Shown here one piece after another: positions 29,987 through 40,890 of a DNA stretch of 64,000 nt. The stretch comes from Cyanidioschyzon merolae. Lineage: Eukaryota. The stretch is taken from the NCBI GenBank assembly GCA_000091205.1, contig AP006492.2; one strand, 5' to 3'. The notes beneath the pieces were generated by a model. It worked only from the letters and a program-made list of their open reading frames with translations, made no database searches and had not been told where the DNA came from. Both the position numbers and the translations under genes were made by a program. Positions within the stretch are counted from its first letter, which is position 1. Each line of letters starts with the position of its first letter.

Positions 29987-31648
29987 TTGGACCAGCTGGT
30001 GTCTACCTACGCTGCTTGTAAACCCATGGAGCCGCTTTACGCGCTACAGAAGCTAGGAGAGTTTGGCTCCGCCATGACGGGGTCCCGTATGGACGAGGAT
30101 AAGCAGCTGCTGTTTGTGGGGACGACTGCCTACCCGCTTGACCAGCTGACGCCTGCGCGTCGCACTGCAGGTGCGCGCAAAGGGGAACCCTACACGCTTC
30201 GTGATATTTATGTCGCGCTCCTTTATACGGACGCTTCGCTTCGTGAATATGTGGCATACTGTCAACAAAACGGCGTCAGTCGGTTGATGGAGGCAGAGCG
30301 CAAAGAGCTTGTGAAGTTTATGCTGGGAGAGATCAGCGTCGAGGAGTCCTCGCTCCTTGGTGCGAGTGTCGACTCGGCAGGGAGCACGTTGCGACACGCG
30401 GCCTCCGCGCTGCCGCCAACCACCGCGCCAGCTACAGGCGAAGACGCTGATCAGCTACCCCGGGGAAGTGCCCCCGCTCGGGAAAGCCCAGTACCCAGAG
30501 AGTCTTCTGCGCCTCCGGCAATCGATGGAGATAAGGTGAAACACGAACGAAGCGATTTCAATGGCGAGGCCCCGTTGGCCTCCGCTGCGGATTCCACTTT
30601 CTTAGCGCAATGCCGCGAAATGGAGCGCATCCAACGCACGTGCGATGCGTTCTTCGAACTTGACAAGCGGAAACAGATTAATTTTTTGTCTTTCCCGGTG
30701 ATTGAAGCACTTCGCAAATCTTTGATCGCACCAGCACCAACAGATGAGCAACCACGAGAGTCCGCTGCGACCGCACAGAGCCTCCAAGCCAACGGGTCGA
30801 GCGGCGTGGATATCGCACGTGGTGATCGATACCGCACTGATCCGCTGCGAGCGTATCGAGAAGCCGGTCTCACTGAAATTGAGCGTTTGGAAATCGATCC
30901 CGCTGTCAGTTTGGCTTCCGTGGCAGCCAGTCTTGGCGATGTTGGTACGAGTACCGCAGCTCGGTCCAAAGCGACCGTGGCGCCGCAGCAGGCAGCATCG
31001 GCTGCGACGACGCTAACATCTGCAAGCGAAGTGCACATGCCCGGTATCCCAGCGGGTCAAGGGCAAAACTATGCTCGAAAAGACGCTAGAGCGGCAGGTT
31101 CGGAAAAGCCTCAGACCGGAACTGGGGGCCTCCGAGCGCCAGCAACACCCGGACGCGGTCCAGATCGAGGATCAGCGCCGATCATCATTCTGCCTTCAGG
31201 TCAGCAACCATTGGTTACGATGTTGAACATCAGGGATTTCGTGGAAAAGGGCACATTTAGATCCCAGGAGGAATTGCGGAAACAGGGGATCGTTCAGAAG
31301 CCAGCCAGCCCTGTGGAGATCTATCACCGGGGTCAGTGTTATCTGTTCACCGATCAGCCTGGGCAGCTGCAGCCCAATGAATGGAAGCGCGTGGTCATGG
31401 TTGTCTGTCAGGGAGCACTGTGGCAGTTCAAGGGATGGCCCCTGCCGGGTGATCCGGCGCAGTTGTTTGCCAGAGTCCAGGGCGTCTACTTTTACTACGA
31501 GGATGAAGAGATTCCGCCAACGGTGCGGCAGTGGGCCGTGAAATGCATCCCGATTCGGCGCCACCGGCGTTATACGGACGAGGGCGTCGTCCGCGAGTTT
31601 TGGTCTCTTGTCGAGTTCGCTTGTAGACGGGCCCAGTATGTGTCGTGA
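29987..31648 (+). CDS. CDC73: CDC73/parafibromin (Paf1 complex subunit)
   Basis: N-terminal 'YTLRDIYVALLYTDASLREYVAYCQQNGVSRLMEAERKELVKFMLGE' and C-terminal 'PIIILPSGQQPLVTMLN...RVVMVVCQGALWQFKGWP...' match the parafibromin N- and C-terminal (Ras-like) domains. Confidence 0.85.
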   Translation: MDQLVSTYAACKPMEPLYALQKLGEFGSAMTGSRMDEDKQLLFVGTTAYPLDQLTPARRTAGARKGEPYTLRDIYVALLYTDASLREYVAYCQQNGVSRLMEAERKELVKFMLGEISVEESSLLGASVDSAGSTLRHAASALPPTTAPATGEDADQLPRGSAPARESPVPRESSAPPAIDGDKVKHERSDFNGEAPLASAADSTFLAQCREMERIQRTCDAFFELDKRKQINFLSFPVIEALRKSLIAPAPTDEQPRESAATAQSLQANGSSGVDIARGDRYRTDPLRAYREAGLTEIERLEIDPAVSLASVAASLGDVGTSTAARSKATVAPQQAASAATTLTSASEVHMPGIPAGQGQNYARKDARAAGSEKPQTGTGGLRAPATPGRGPDRGSAPIIILPSGQQPLVTMLNIRDFVEKGTFRSQEELRKQGIVQKPASPVEIYHRGQCYLFTDQPGQLQPNEWKRVVMVVCQGALWQFKGWPLPGDPAQLFARVQGVYFYYEDEEIPPTVRQWAVKCIPIRRHRRYTDEGVVREFWSLVEFACRRAQYVS

Positions 31649-34035
31649 ACGCGCAAGCCGTTCAAGGAACATTACAGCGCATCACGGTGCTGCGGAGATA
31701 CGCCTGTTGTACGTATTCCCTTTGCGGGTAGCGCATTTTCGTATGCCGCAGTTTGAATACAATGGTTACCAGCAGCCACGACCTAGTCTCTCGCTATAAG
31801 CGCATTGTTCCAGTGAGGCTCCAGCGCTCTGCACGTACCCTCCTTGTATCGTTTCGTTTCCGCGCGCAGTTTCGCGCTACACCTGAGCCACATCCCTGGG
31901 CGTGCAACGTTTGCGTTTGAGTCCCTTCTTGAAGAGACACCGAAACCAACGTCCAGTTACAAATCGTGCTTCGGTCTTCGCTCTGCCTGATTCGTTGGTT
32001 TCCATGGAGCATGGGGTGCTCCCGTGCACTGACAGTCGAGGCGAGCAGGCCTGCACTGGGAGCGTACCCCGAGTCGAGTTTCGGCAGGTTCTGGCGGCAG
32101 GGGTGCTGGTCGCTCGCGGGGGCGCAGCGGACCTCAGTACCAAGGCGCTTGCCGGCCTGTATGAATATCAGCTTGCTTCTTCTCTGCAAACGCAAGGCGC
32201 TCTATCGTGTACAGGGAGTATGGAACGATGTGAACGTTTCCAGAACGTGCATGTCGTACTCCAGCATGCGTACCGGATCGTTGCGTGCTCGCTAAGAGCG
32301 TCGCCAGCATGTCAGTGAAGGGTAACGCGCCTCTGATGCAATGGTTCCTGCCACAAACCCCTAAACTAGGCCCATGGTAGAATCAAGGGGAAAGGGTCAA
32401 CTTGTATTCCTGGGGTGCACATACCAGAGTTTTCGCCTCGCCCTACTGGTATCAATACGAGCCTAGACGGGCATTTCCTCCAACCGCTTCATTTTCGTCT
32501 CTCTCATCTCCGGCGGTAGACATGCCGATCTCTCCGGTCACCCCAGACCGGTTGACAACAGTCACAGGGTGTTGATGGCAGCATTCAGGTCCCAGTTTCG
32601 CAGCTTCTGGCGCTTTGCAACGCATTCCATGTACAGCCAGAGGTCGCTATTCATGCTGCGCTTGCCACTTCCATATTCCTTGTATACAGCCTCGGAACGC
32701 GCTTCGCAGCGGGGCCAGTTGGTCGTAGTAACTTATCCCCAAACGTATACAGCAACAGCGTCTCTACGAGCACTCATGTGGAGCGTGAGCACTTGCTTCA
32801 TCGCTCGTTGCATGCTCCTGACGGAGACAAAAACAGAAAACGTCGCGTCTCGATGCCCTGTCCCGTTTCCACACCCAGTATTGTACCGAGCGGGCACCGA
32901 CGTCTTCTGGGCGATCCCTGTGGCGAGTACTGTGTTTCCTAGACTCGCCAGTACGCGCTATCCGATTCGATAGAGGATTGTTGGAAAAAGATGTTGTCTT
33001 CTGTCACCCGTGCACTGAGCGTAACGCATACGCGCGAGAGCACGTCAAGATCTTTCGATCCGTTTACGCCCCCGTCATGCAAAGCGATGACATACACTGC
33101 ACTGGAGGCGATCGTAGCGATGACTGAATTTCGAATCGAAGACGCATCCCAGAAAAACACAAGAGACTTGAGCCCCCTGCGGACGTATCGCTTGAGAGGT
33201 ATCACGCCGCTGTCGAAAGCGGTTTCGTGGCTCACATCTATAAGAGGACGCTTTGCAATCCGTACCGAACCGATTATTTCACGCGACACGCTCGGTGAAC
33301 TCACGGCATGAGCTTGTACAGCAGTCGGCACCGGGCGTCCCCAGGTATGTTTCCTTGTCAATGCAGCGACGCGTATTGCGGTGTCCACGAGTCTCCTTGG
33401 AAACGAGCGATCCGCAGCCTGAAGAATACGTCATGTGCGCTCGCTATACGTAATGAAAGGCGAAGCGTGGACGCTCGTACGTATGAAACGGATCATGAGA
33501 CCAGTTACTCTAAGAACCCTATTTCGAGGTCCCCGAGAATGATCCCTTGATTCCGGTGACCTTACGCGTTCCAGTTTCAAGGAGTCGAATGTATCACTTT
33601 GAGAAGGTCATCGAGAGTCCCAAGATTCCGTGTAAATCCCCAAGTCCCTGTTCCTGTCGTTTGGATTTCGAGACTGTTCATCGAAAGAATTCGGAAAAAA
33701 ACATGGCGAGGCAAGAACAGAGCAACCAGTTCAGGATTCGATTTTCATCTGACAGAGGCGAGCGCTAGGGCAACGATGGAGCTGGCTCTGTCGTCTGACT
33801 GACTCGACACAAGTCGCTGAAAGCGTTTCATTGGGTGCACATTCCGAGCGCTGGGAGAGCGCTTGGCCTCCGAAACCTCTTTGCGTGCTCTTCCGCTTGC
33901 AGTTTTCTGGGCGCTCAACGTCAAACGCGAAGCAAGTGACCAAGCACTAGCGTACCGACGTCGCCGGGGGTGGGGTTCTTCCTTCGGCTTGGCGAATAGA
34001 AGTTATGAAGTGAGCCAGGGTGTGTTCGGCTTTCC

Positions 34036-37000
34036 ATGCAACCACTTCATACTCCTGTGGAAGCGCCTGTGTTTCCTGGACTTGGAGACCCGATTCGACG
34101 CACGCGCTGGGTTTCCGTGCCGCTCACTGACCCGGATACCGACGCGCTGAACGGCGGATCGCGACCAGCTCCAACACCTGGGACGCACGGCACTCGCTTG
34201 GTTCTCGTCGGAACCCAGCATGGACAAGTACGCACGAGCGTGTATCCTTCGGGTTGCCTCTTTACCAGCTGGGTCGGATCTGTGGCTGGGGCGCTCTCCG
34301 ATGGCGTTCGAGACGTTGCCGCGATCCAAGGCGCTTCAACGGAGAGCCTCCTTGTCTCCGTATCCGCAAATGGAACCCTGATACGAACCACGCTGGGTCT
34401 ACCACTGCACACGTTGACGAGCTCGGACTGGACGCAGTCGCGACTCTGTCGACCAATGCCTCTACAGGGCCATGCGTTGCTCCTGGTAACCACTGACCTC
34501 GGACGCATGCACCTGTTGCAGGCCGAGAGAGGCACTGCGCTGCGCTCGTTCGTGGATCCACCGCATATTCGTCGAGCGCTCGCTGCAGACTGGCTCTACA
34601 ACCAAGCGATTGTTCTGGGATATGATGACGGATCTATTGCGCTGAAGGATCCATCCTCATTGCGCGTGCTCCACGAGGAGCCGCGGCACCCGGCAGGCAA
34701 CGCTGCGCGCTTTCCTGTCGTCGACCTGGTCGCGTTAAGCGAGCATGGTTTAGTGGCGGCAGTCTATGGGGTTGTCCCGCTCATTCGACTCTATGACATT
34801 CGAAAGGGTCTAGGGAACGGCGGTCGCGTCGGCAAAATATCACCCGCTATCGTCCAGGAGCTGGCTGTGCCGAGTTCGGACTCGGTCATTGCCCTGAAAT
34901 GGTTACCAGGGAAGCAGCGCCTGTGGACGCTGGGTGTTGGTGGTCATTGTGAACGTTTCAGCGTCGACGGGGCTGCAAGTGTCCTCTGTTATGAGGCTGG
35001 GTTGTGTTTGCCGGTCGGCAACGGTCTCTACTCCTGCTTCGATATCACCGCTGAAGGCGGTACGTTGGTGACTGGCGACCTCGGCGGTTGTGTCCAGTAT
35101 CTGCATCTCGAGGAAAGTGAGAAGCTGGAAGCATTGGCGAATGCCCAGTGTCCAGATCCAGCGCTCTCCGAGCCTGCTCTCATAGAGGCTCTCTGTTCGA
35201 GGGCGGCACGCAACGCGAGGCCGCGTCGAGACCTCACCGACTCGACACATACAGAACAGCGCTGCTGGCTTGCGGATACGCCCTGGCCTTTAGTCCAGCA
35301 GCAACGGGGCAATGCGACAAAACGGTTGAAATTCCGTTTCCCGCTGCTGGCCAGTCCGATAGCAATACGGAGCGCCCGCTTTGTGGGTCCAGTTGGCTAC
35401 CTGCCCGTAACTGGTTCAGCATCCGACCAGCTCTACCTGCAACCAGATGAAGGCTGGCAACAGACGAGTATCTCCACTGCGAGCATGCAACCAAAACTGG
35501 ACACACTCGAGGAACGTGTGCGTTTCAGACGCATCGATCTGGTGAAGGCGGAGAGTCTCGAAGGCTTCGATTATGCCCTGTACAATCGAACGCGTTTTTG
35601 TGGGCTTGAAAACAGCCTCCCGACGATGTACATGAATCCAATCTTGCAGATGTTCTTCTTCATTCGTCCGTTTCGTGAGGCGATGTTCGGACTGTGTCAT
35701 CGCTTTGCGTGCACTGGCGAGGAGTTGCCCACGAGTATAGCCGCGGAGCTCGGGTACCTCTATGACATGATGGAGCGCGGCGGCAGCCTTGCATGTGATA
35801 CGGTGCGTCTTATGTACGCTTTTCAACAGAGTCATCAGGCGGTAGCTCTGGGTCTCGTCGATCGTTTGAGTGGTGGTCCAACGCTGATGCAGTCTGGGAT
35901 CCCGCTGGAGCGCCTTGTTGATAAGTTTTGCCGCTTTCTGCTGGAGAACTTGTCGCGCGAGGAAATGCACGATGCGTATGGCGCTCCGCCAGATCAGCGG
36001 GTCATCGAGAGACTCTTCGCCTTTCGAACGAGGACCTGTATTCGTTCAGTTGCGAGCGGATTAGAAACGACGCGAGAAGATGTACAGTACGTGCTGTCGC
36101 TCTCGAGCGACAATGCAGAACCTGTGGAGGCGGCACACTTTCCATCGTTGGTGAACGCTGCGCTGCGGCAGACGCAGCCACCGATACGGGCGCTGCACCC
36201 GGCGAGCCAGAAAGTGGAACTTGTTGAGCAGCGTCGCGAGGTCCTCTCGCTGGCCCCCTATCTGCTGTGCAGCAGTGCGGGCATCACAGTTCGGTCGCTT
36301 CAACCTGAACTGGAGCTCGAGCTGCCGCTCGACGCTGCTTGCTACCGGTACCGTCTCATCGGCGAAGTCGTAGGCGTACGTCCAGCAAACGTTCCAGCAT
36401 CCACAAATCAACAAAAAGCGCCGGCTGCGACCTCAACAGTGGCATTTCTCAGAATCCAGGGACTGGAACCGCACCAGGCATCACTGAGTGCCCAGGAAGG
36501 GTCGTGGTACTGTTTTAATGATTTTACAATCACTGCGGTGCGCGATGCTGCACAAGTCGAGCGCTTCGATTCGTGTTTCATGCAGCCGCTCTTGCTGCTG
36601 TATCGTAGAGAGACCGGTGTTGCCGCAGTTGCGCTCGACGACAAGCCGCCCGTGTCGTTCGAAGCACGACTCTGGCCCGACTCGGAAACAGAGTGGGCGC
36701 GCGTATTTGCGCTGCGCCCTATGAGTACGACTCATAAGCGGCTGCTTCAAGCGGGCGACAGGAATGCGCTGCGAGCTCGGTTGTCTTTCGTGCCGCTGCA
36801 GCCGGGCGAGCGTCTGACACGCGGTACGCTCGTCGCGATCGACACTGAGTTTGTGCTCGTATCCCGGGAGAAGGCAGAAATATGCTGCAGCCGTCGATCG
36901 ACGGGACATACGCCGCGCTGGTGCCGCTGGAGCAGCCCGTCATTGGGCCAGGCACCAGAAGAGGAGGAGCCGCTCTTGCGACGGGTGATTCTGGAACCCT

Positions 37001-37578
37001 CTCGCAAACATGTGGCCCGAGTCACCGTGATTCGGGAAAATGGACAGGTGCTGCTGGATGACTACGTCATGCCCCCGCCCGGATGCACGATTGTGGACTA
37101 CCTGACCCGCTACAGTGGGATAACTGCACCGGATTTGCAGCCAAACCGCACCCGACATTATTTGACGCTGAGCAAGTATGTGTACGCCAAGTTGCATGCA
37201 TTGCAGCGCACCGGATGTGTGTTCGTGGGTCATGGTCTAAGAAGTGATTTTCGCCAGTTGAATTTCCTGCTTCGGTCCGAGCAATACCGTGACACGGCGC
37301 TGTTGTTTCGCTTGCCCGCAAACGAACGTACGCGTGGGCGGTCTCGACTGCTTTCATTGCGCTTTCTCGCTGGTTGTCTGTTGAAACGACGGGTCCAGAA
37401 CGGCTCCCAAGGTCACGATTCCGTTGAGGACGCGCGTGCGGCGCTCGACCTCTATCGTTTATATCTGGAACTCGAACAGCGACAGCTCCTCAAAACGACC
37501 GTTGAGCGGCTCTACGAGTACGGCAGCAGAAAGCACTGGCAACCAGACTTTGCGGATCCCTTTGAACTCGCACTATAG
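34036..37578 (+). CDS. PAN2: PAN2 poly(A)-specific ribonuclease catalytic subunit
   Basis: 1180-aa single ORF with N-terminal WD40-like repeats, a central UCH-like fold (YNRTRFCGLENSLPTMYMNPILQMFFF...) and a C-terminal DEDDh exonuclease ('GTLVAIDTEFV', 'VGHGLRSDFRQLN', 'HDSVEDARAALDLYRLYLEL'). Confidence 0.9.
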   Translation: MQPLHTPVEAPVFPGLGDPIRRTRWVSVPLTDPDTDALNGGSRPAPTPGTHGTRLVLVGTQHGQVRTSVYPSGCLFTSWVGSVAGALSDGVRDVAAIQGASTESLLVSVSANGTLIRTTLGLPLHTLTSSDWTQSRLCRPMPLQGHALLLVTTDLGRMHLLQAERGTALRSFVDPPHIRRALAADWLYNQAIVLGYDDGSIALKDPSSLRVLHEEPRHPAGNAARFPVVDLVALSEHGLVAAVYGVVPLIRLYDIRKGLGNGGRVGKISPAIVQELAVPSSDSVIALKWLPGKQRLWTLGVGGHCERFSVDGAASVLCYEAGLCLPVGNGLYSCFDITAEGGTLVTGDLGGCVQYLHLEESEKLEALANAQCPDPALSEPALIEALCSRAARNARPRRDLTDSTHTEQRCWLADTPWPLVQQQRGNATKRLKFRFPLLASPIAIRSARFVGPVGYLPVTGSASDQLYLQPDEGWQQTSISTASMQPKLDTLEERVRFRRIDLVKAESLEGFDYALYNRTRFCGLENSLPTMYMNPILQMFFFIRPFREAMFGLCHRFACTGEELPTSIAAELGYLYDMMERGGSLACDTVRLMYAFQQSHQAVALGLVDRLSGGPTLMQSGIPLERLVDKFCRFLLENLSREEMHDAYGAPPDQRVIERLFAFRTRTCIRSVASGLETTREDVQYVLSLSSDNAEPVEAAHFPSLVNAALRQTQPPIRALHPASQKVELVEQRREVLSLAPYLLCSSAGITVRSLQPELELELPLDAACYRYRLIGEVVGVRPANVPASTNQQKAPAATSTVAFLRIQGLEPHQASLSAQEGSWYCFNDFTITAVRDAAQVERFDSCFMQPLLLLYRRETGVAAVALDDKPPVSFEARLWPDSETEWARVFALRPMSTTHKRLLQAGDRNALRARLSFVPLQPGERLTRGTLVAIDTEFVLVSREKAEICCSRRSTGHTPRWCRWSSPSLGQAPEEEEPLLRRVILEPSRKHVARVTVIRENGQVLLDDYVMPPPGCTIVDYLTRYSGITAPDLQPNRTRHYLTLSKYVYAKLHALQRTGCVFVGHGLRSDFRQLNFLLRSEQYRDTALLFRLPANERTRGRSRLLSLRFLAGCLLKRRVQNGSQGHDSVEDARAALDLYRLYLELEQRQLLKTTVERLYEYGSRKHWQPDFADPFELAL

Positions 37579-38562
37579 CGCGTATGTACCAAGTCTGCGA
37601 GACTGGATCGCGACCCCAGGCTCGTATTGCTGGTCAATGACGGGTCACTCGTTGGAGTGCGGTGACGGATGTTGAGTCTGATGTGGAACGACAGCAGCTT
37701 GCAGCCAGTGATCGACCGAGTCGCCTGTTGGCGTAACGGCCTGATTCGCAAGCATCCTCGGGGCGAGCACTGCCCGACTCGGGGGCTGTTCCCGTCACCG
37801 CCACGCAAAGCATCCGAGAAGGAGCAGCGGTGGCACCATTCGATGCGCTGCTGGTCGATATCGCTTGTCTCGGACACGCGGGCAGCCTCGGCAACGCCAT
37901 AAAATCTTAAAGTCAAGGATCTTACGACTCTACGGAAAATACACGGGCGGTATTCTTGTTGCGAAGCGCGGCCGCTGTGCGCAAATCATGGCGCTTCTCC
38001 GGGGGCGGGTCGAGTCCCACACACTGGGCGCCACAAGTCTTGCTCCGGGATCATCCTGCCCGTTCCATGACGCTGGTGAACGCATCAAATCCATTGCGGG
38101 TCCGTAGCGTCAGTGTGACCTTGACACGTACTCGGATCGGGTTCCATCATGCTGCGTGCCTCTACAGTGGGGCACGTGCCTAGACCCCGACACAGGCGCA
38201 TCCATGGACCCGCGGGATTGAACCTGCTCTAGCGACTGTGTAAACCGGAGTTCTCCTGCGCTGTAACCCCATTCAGAGACCAGAACAGCAGCTGCTCAGC
38301 AGAGGCAAGGGTGTAGTCGAGGCCCGTGCTTTGTGCCTGCTTGCCTCGTACGCGTGTACACGTGTGTGTATGTGTAGGTGTTCGTGATGCGTCTCGGATA
38401 TCGTGGCGAGTCGCGCTGTATCCGTTCTCGTAGCGGTGTGAGCGCCACGGCGTCCTGTCGTCGACCACCAGACACGTCTAGCTGCTGCCAAAGTCAATGC
38501 AGTGGTCGCCAGATACCCTTTGCTCCAGTCGGTACCGTGCACGCATCCCGAGCGCCCGTATC

Positions 38563-39081
38563 CTAGGATCTTCTTCTGCGGCGTTGCACAGTTTTACTGG
38601 ATCGTCGTCGACGCAACTTAGATGCCTCAGCAATACGTTGCGCTCGCTGCTGCACAGCTCGAAAGCGCCGTTTGACGTACCCCCGTGCTCGCGGGTCCGC
38701 CAAGACCTCTTCAATGATGCGCGACTTGCGCGCCCGCCGTGGTAAACGCTCGCCTGTGTAGTACTCGTGTGGAGCTTCGATCACCGTTCCAAGCTGGAAC
38801 CTACGGGGATCAAGTTTCTCCTCGTGCCCCATTGACTTGTAAAAGCGTTTCGGATCCCAGTGCTTGCGCAGTTGCAGAAGTGCAACCTCTTTCGCGAGCA
38901 GCGCCTGGGTTTCAGGCGTCGGAACAGACTCCTCGTCCGGCTCGCCAGTAGCTTCGCTCCTGCCACCAGAGTACTTCTCGATGAGATCTTCTACCTCTCG
39001 ATCCGTCCCGCACGACAAATCGTCCTCATCGAGAAACGACCTCGTTGTCGGAAGCAAGCAGTCCGAAAGATTCGTAGTCAT
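38563..39081 (-). CDS. FCF2: Fcf2 pre-rRNA processing protein (DNTTIP2/Fcf2 family)
   Basis: 'LLQLRKHWDPKRFYKS...RRFQLGTVIEAPHEYYTGERLPRRARKSRIIEEVLAD' matches the yeast Fcf2 C-terminal domain (LDPKRHYKK...YFQVGTVIEGANEFYSSRMTKKQRKQTLLEEIMAD). Confidence 0.8.
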   Translation of the reverse strand: MTTNLSDCLLPTTRSFLDEDDLSCGTDREVEDLIEKYSGGRSEATGEPDEESVPTPETQALLAKEVALLQLRKHWDPKRFYKSMGHEEKLDPRRFQLGTVIEAPHEYYTGERLPRRARKSRIIEEVLADPRARGYVKRRFRAVQQRAQRIAEASKLRRRRSSKTVQRRRRRS

Positions 39082-40890
39082 TTGCGAGCTTCAGTCAGCA
39101 CAGCAGCACAAGAAACGCAGCGTAGCGCGACGGGATCAACGGCTCGTGAGCGGCAGCGACGCGTCCTCGTGTGTCCATTGCCCGCGACAACTGGTGTGTG
39201 CGGGTGTTGGCGTCGACGCGCCCAAGGAGCGGGTACACGACACCTATGTGGAAAGTTGTTGAAAGCAGTCCTTTTGAGGTAATTGCGGACGCACCTGCTA
39301 CAGTTGGGGTCTCGTGCCAGTGTCAGGAACACACCAGCGTTTGGGAGATTCTTGTTTCTCCTTCCTATCTGGCTTTACAAAAACCGGTGTCTGGTACCTG
39401 TCGAGCCACGTAGTTCGCACTGGGAAGATGCTGCAGATGGGAACCTACAAGTCCCGATTCCGCCGCTTCTAGGTGTTGTCAACGCTTACCACGCACAAAT
39501 GCAAGCTACGGTCCACGCAGTGCTCGCCATCTCATCTTCTTTATCTACAGCTCTGGTGCGCCATTCGCAACGGTGACACTGACCTATAAGCAGGTGCTCC
39601 CATTCGTCCACCGAACCTCCTGCTCCTCCTCATCCGGATATCGTCTAGTCGTGTTTGAAGGCTTCCATGATGTTTCCGAATATGCCTCTAACGGGTGCAG
39701 AGGGCTTCCCGCGAGGCGCTCCTTCGATGGCGCCTATCGAGGATCCGCTCGGCGCCTATACCCTGTCCGATGCACCCGCAAGCGCTCGCTCTACCATTCG
39801 AAGGGGATTTGTGGAATGCGATATGGTCCTTGATGAAAGAATTATCGGAAGGAAAATCCAGACTGGAGAACACGAGTCGAGACGTTTGAACACGTCTAGG
39901 ATTCCATCGCTCAAAGCGCAGACGCACGCTCTACGGAAAGCGATCACTGTGCTGATGAGCGCTCGATTCCAAGACGCTTTCGATGCAAACAAAAAAGGCG
40001 AGGGCCTCTTACAGCTTGTTACGTGCTAGGCACCATGCCGCTGTCGGATGCAGATTCATCGACTGTCACAGAGGTGGATTTGTCTGTCGGACGGAAGTGA
40101 TGACTCGACGTGACGAATTCGGTGAACGCTCAGCATGAGCGTACGACCAGGTCGTCAAGAAGCGTCACCGAGTTTTCTCATGGTCGATCCAGCCGCGCGA
40201 ATTCCTGTGCCCTCGAATTACCTCGGAACAGAAAGATCGACACCTCGAAGAATGCATGATGTTAGCGTGTCACTCGCAACGACAGGACAAACATGGAGGC
40301 TCGGACGTATGACTGGATGATCCTATCGCATCATTTACGCGCGCGTGTTCGAGGTCGTCGTGAATCCTCGTAATCCCCATGACGTAAAGAATGCCAGGTG
40401 CAGTGCGTCGAAGCAGCGACTCCGAGAACACGTCTGAAAATCCTGTAACTGCCTTCGATTCCATAATCTTTCTCGCTGTACTTTGACTGTCGAGGCTGTA
40501 GATCGAGCAAAGTCCAGAAAAGGGATCAATAAGAACGAACACAGCACGTAACTCCATGTACTATGCTCAGCTAACGCGGATCTAGTGGGTAACACAAGTT
40601 CGATGCATCGATCCCGGATCTAGACTTGTTTGCAACTGCATGTACCGTCGACGCCATGAGCGTCGCGCATTGACACTGAGCAGCGCGTGGCGAACGCGAG
40701 GTCGCATCCCGAGATGCACCGCGATCACTCATGGGAATAAGCAAGGCGAATCGATAATATCGCTGCTGCTGCTGCCGCTGCTGCTGTTGCTGCCGCTGCT
40801 GGTGCGACGTCGTGCTCCTCTTCCTCTGCTGCCGCTGCAGCTGGTAACCCCGAAGCCGACATACGACTCGGACGCATACGATAGGTCACT

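Noticed and set aside
36840-36990. Possible retained intron inside PAN2 between the 'IDTEFV' and 'VARVTVIREN' exonuclease motifs
   Set aside because: The frame is continuous, and the extra roughly 20 residues relative to human PAN2 sit in a region that is variable in length among orthologs. No splice signals are needed.
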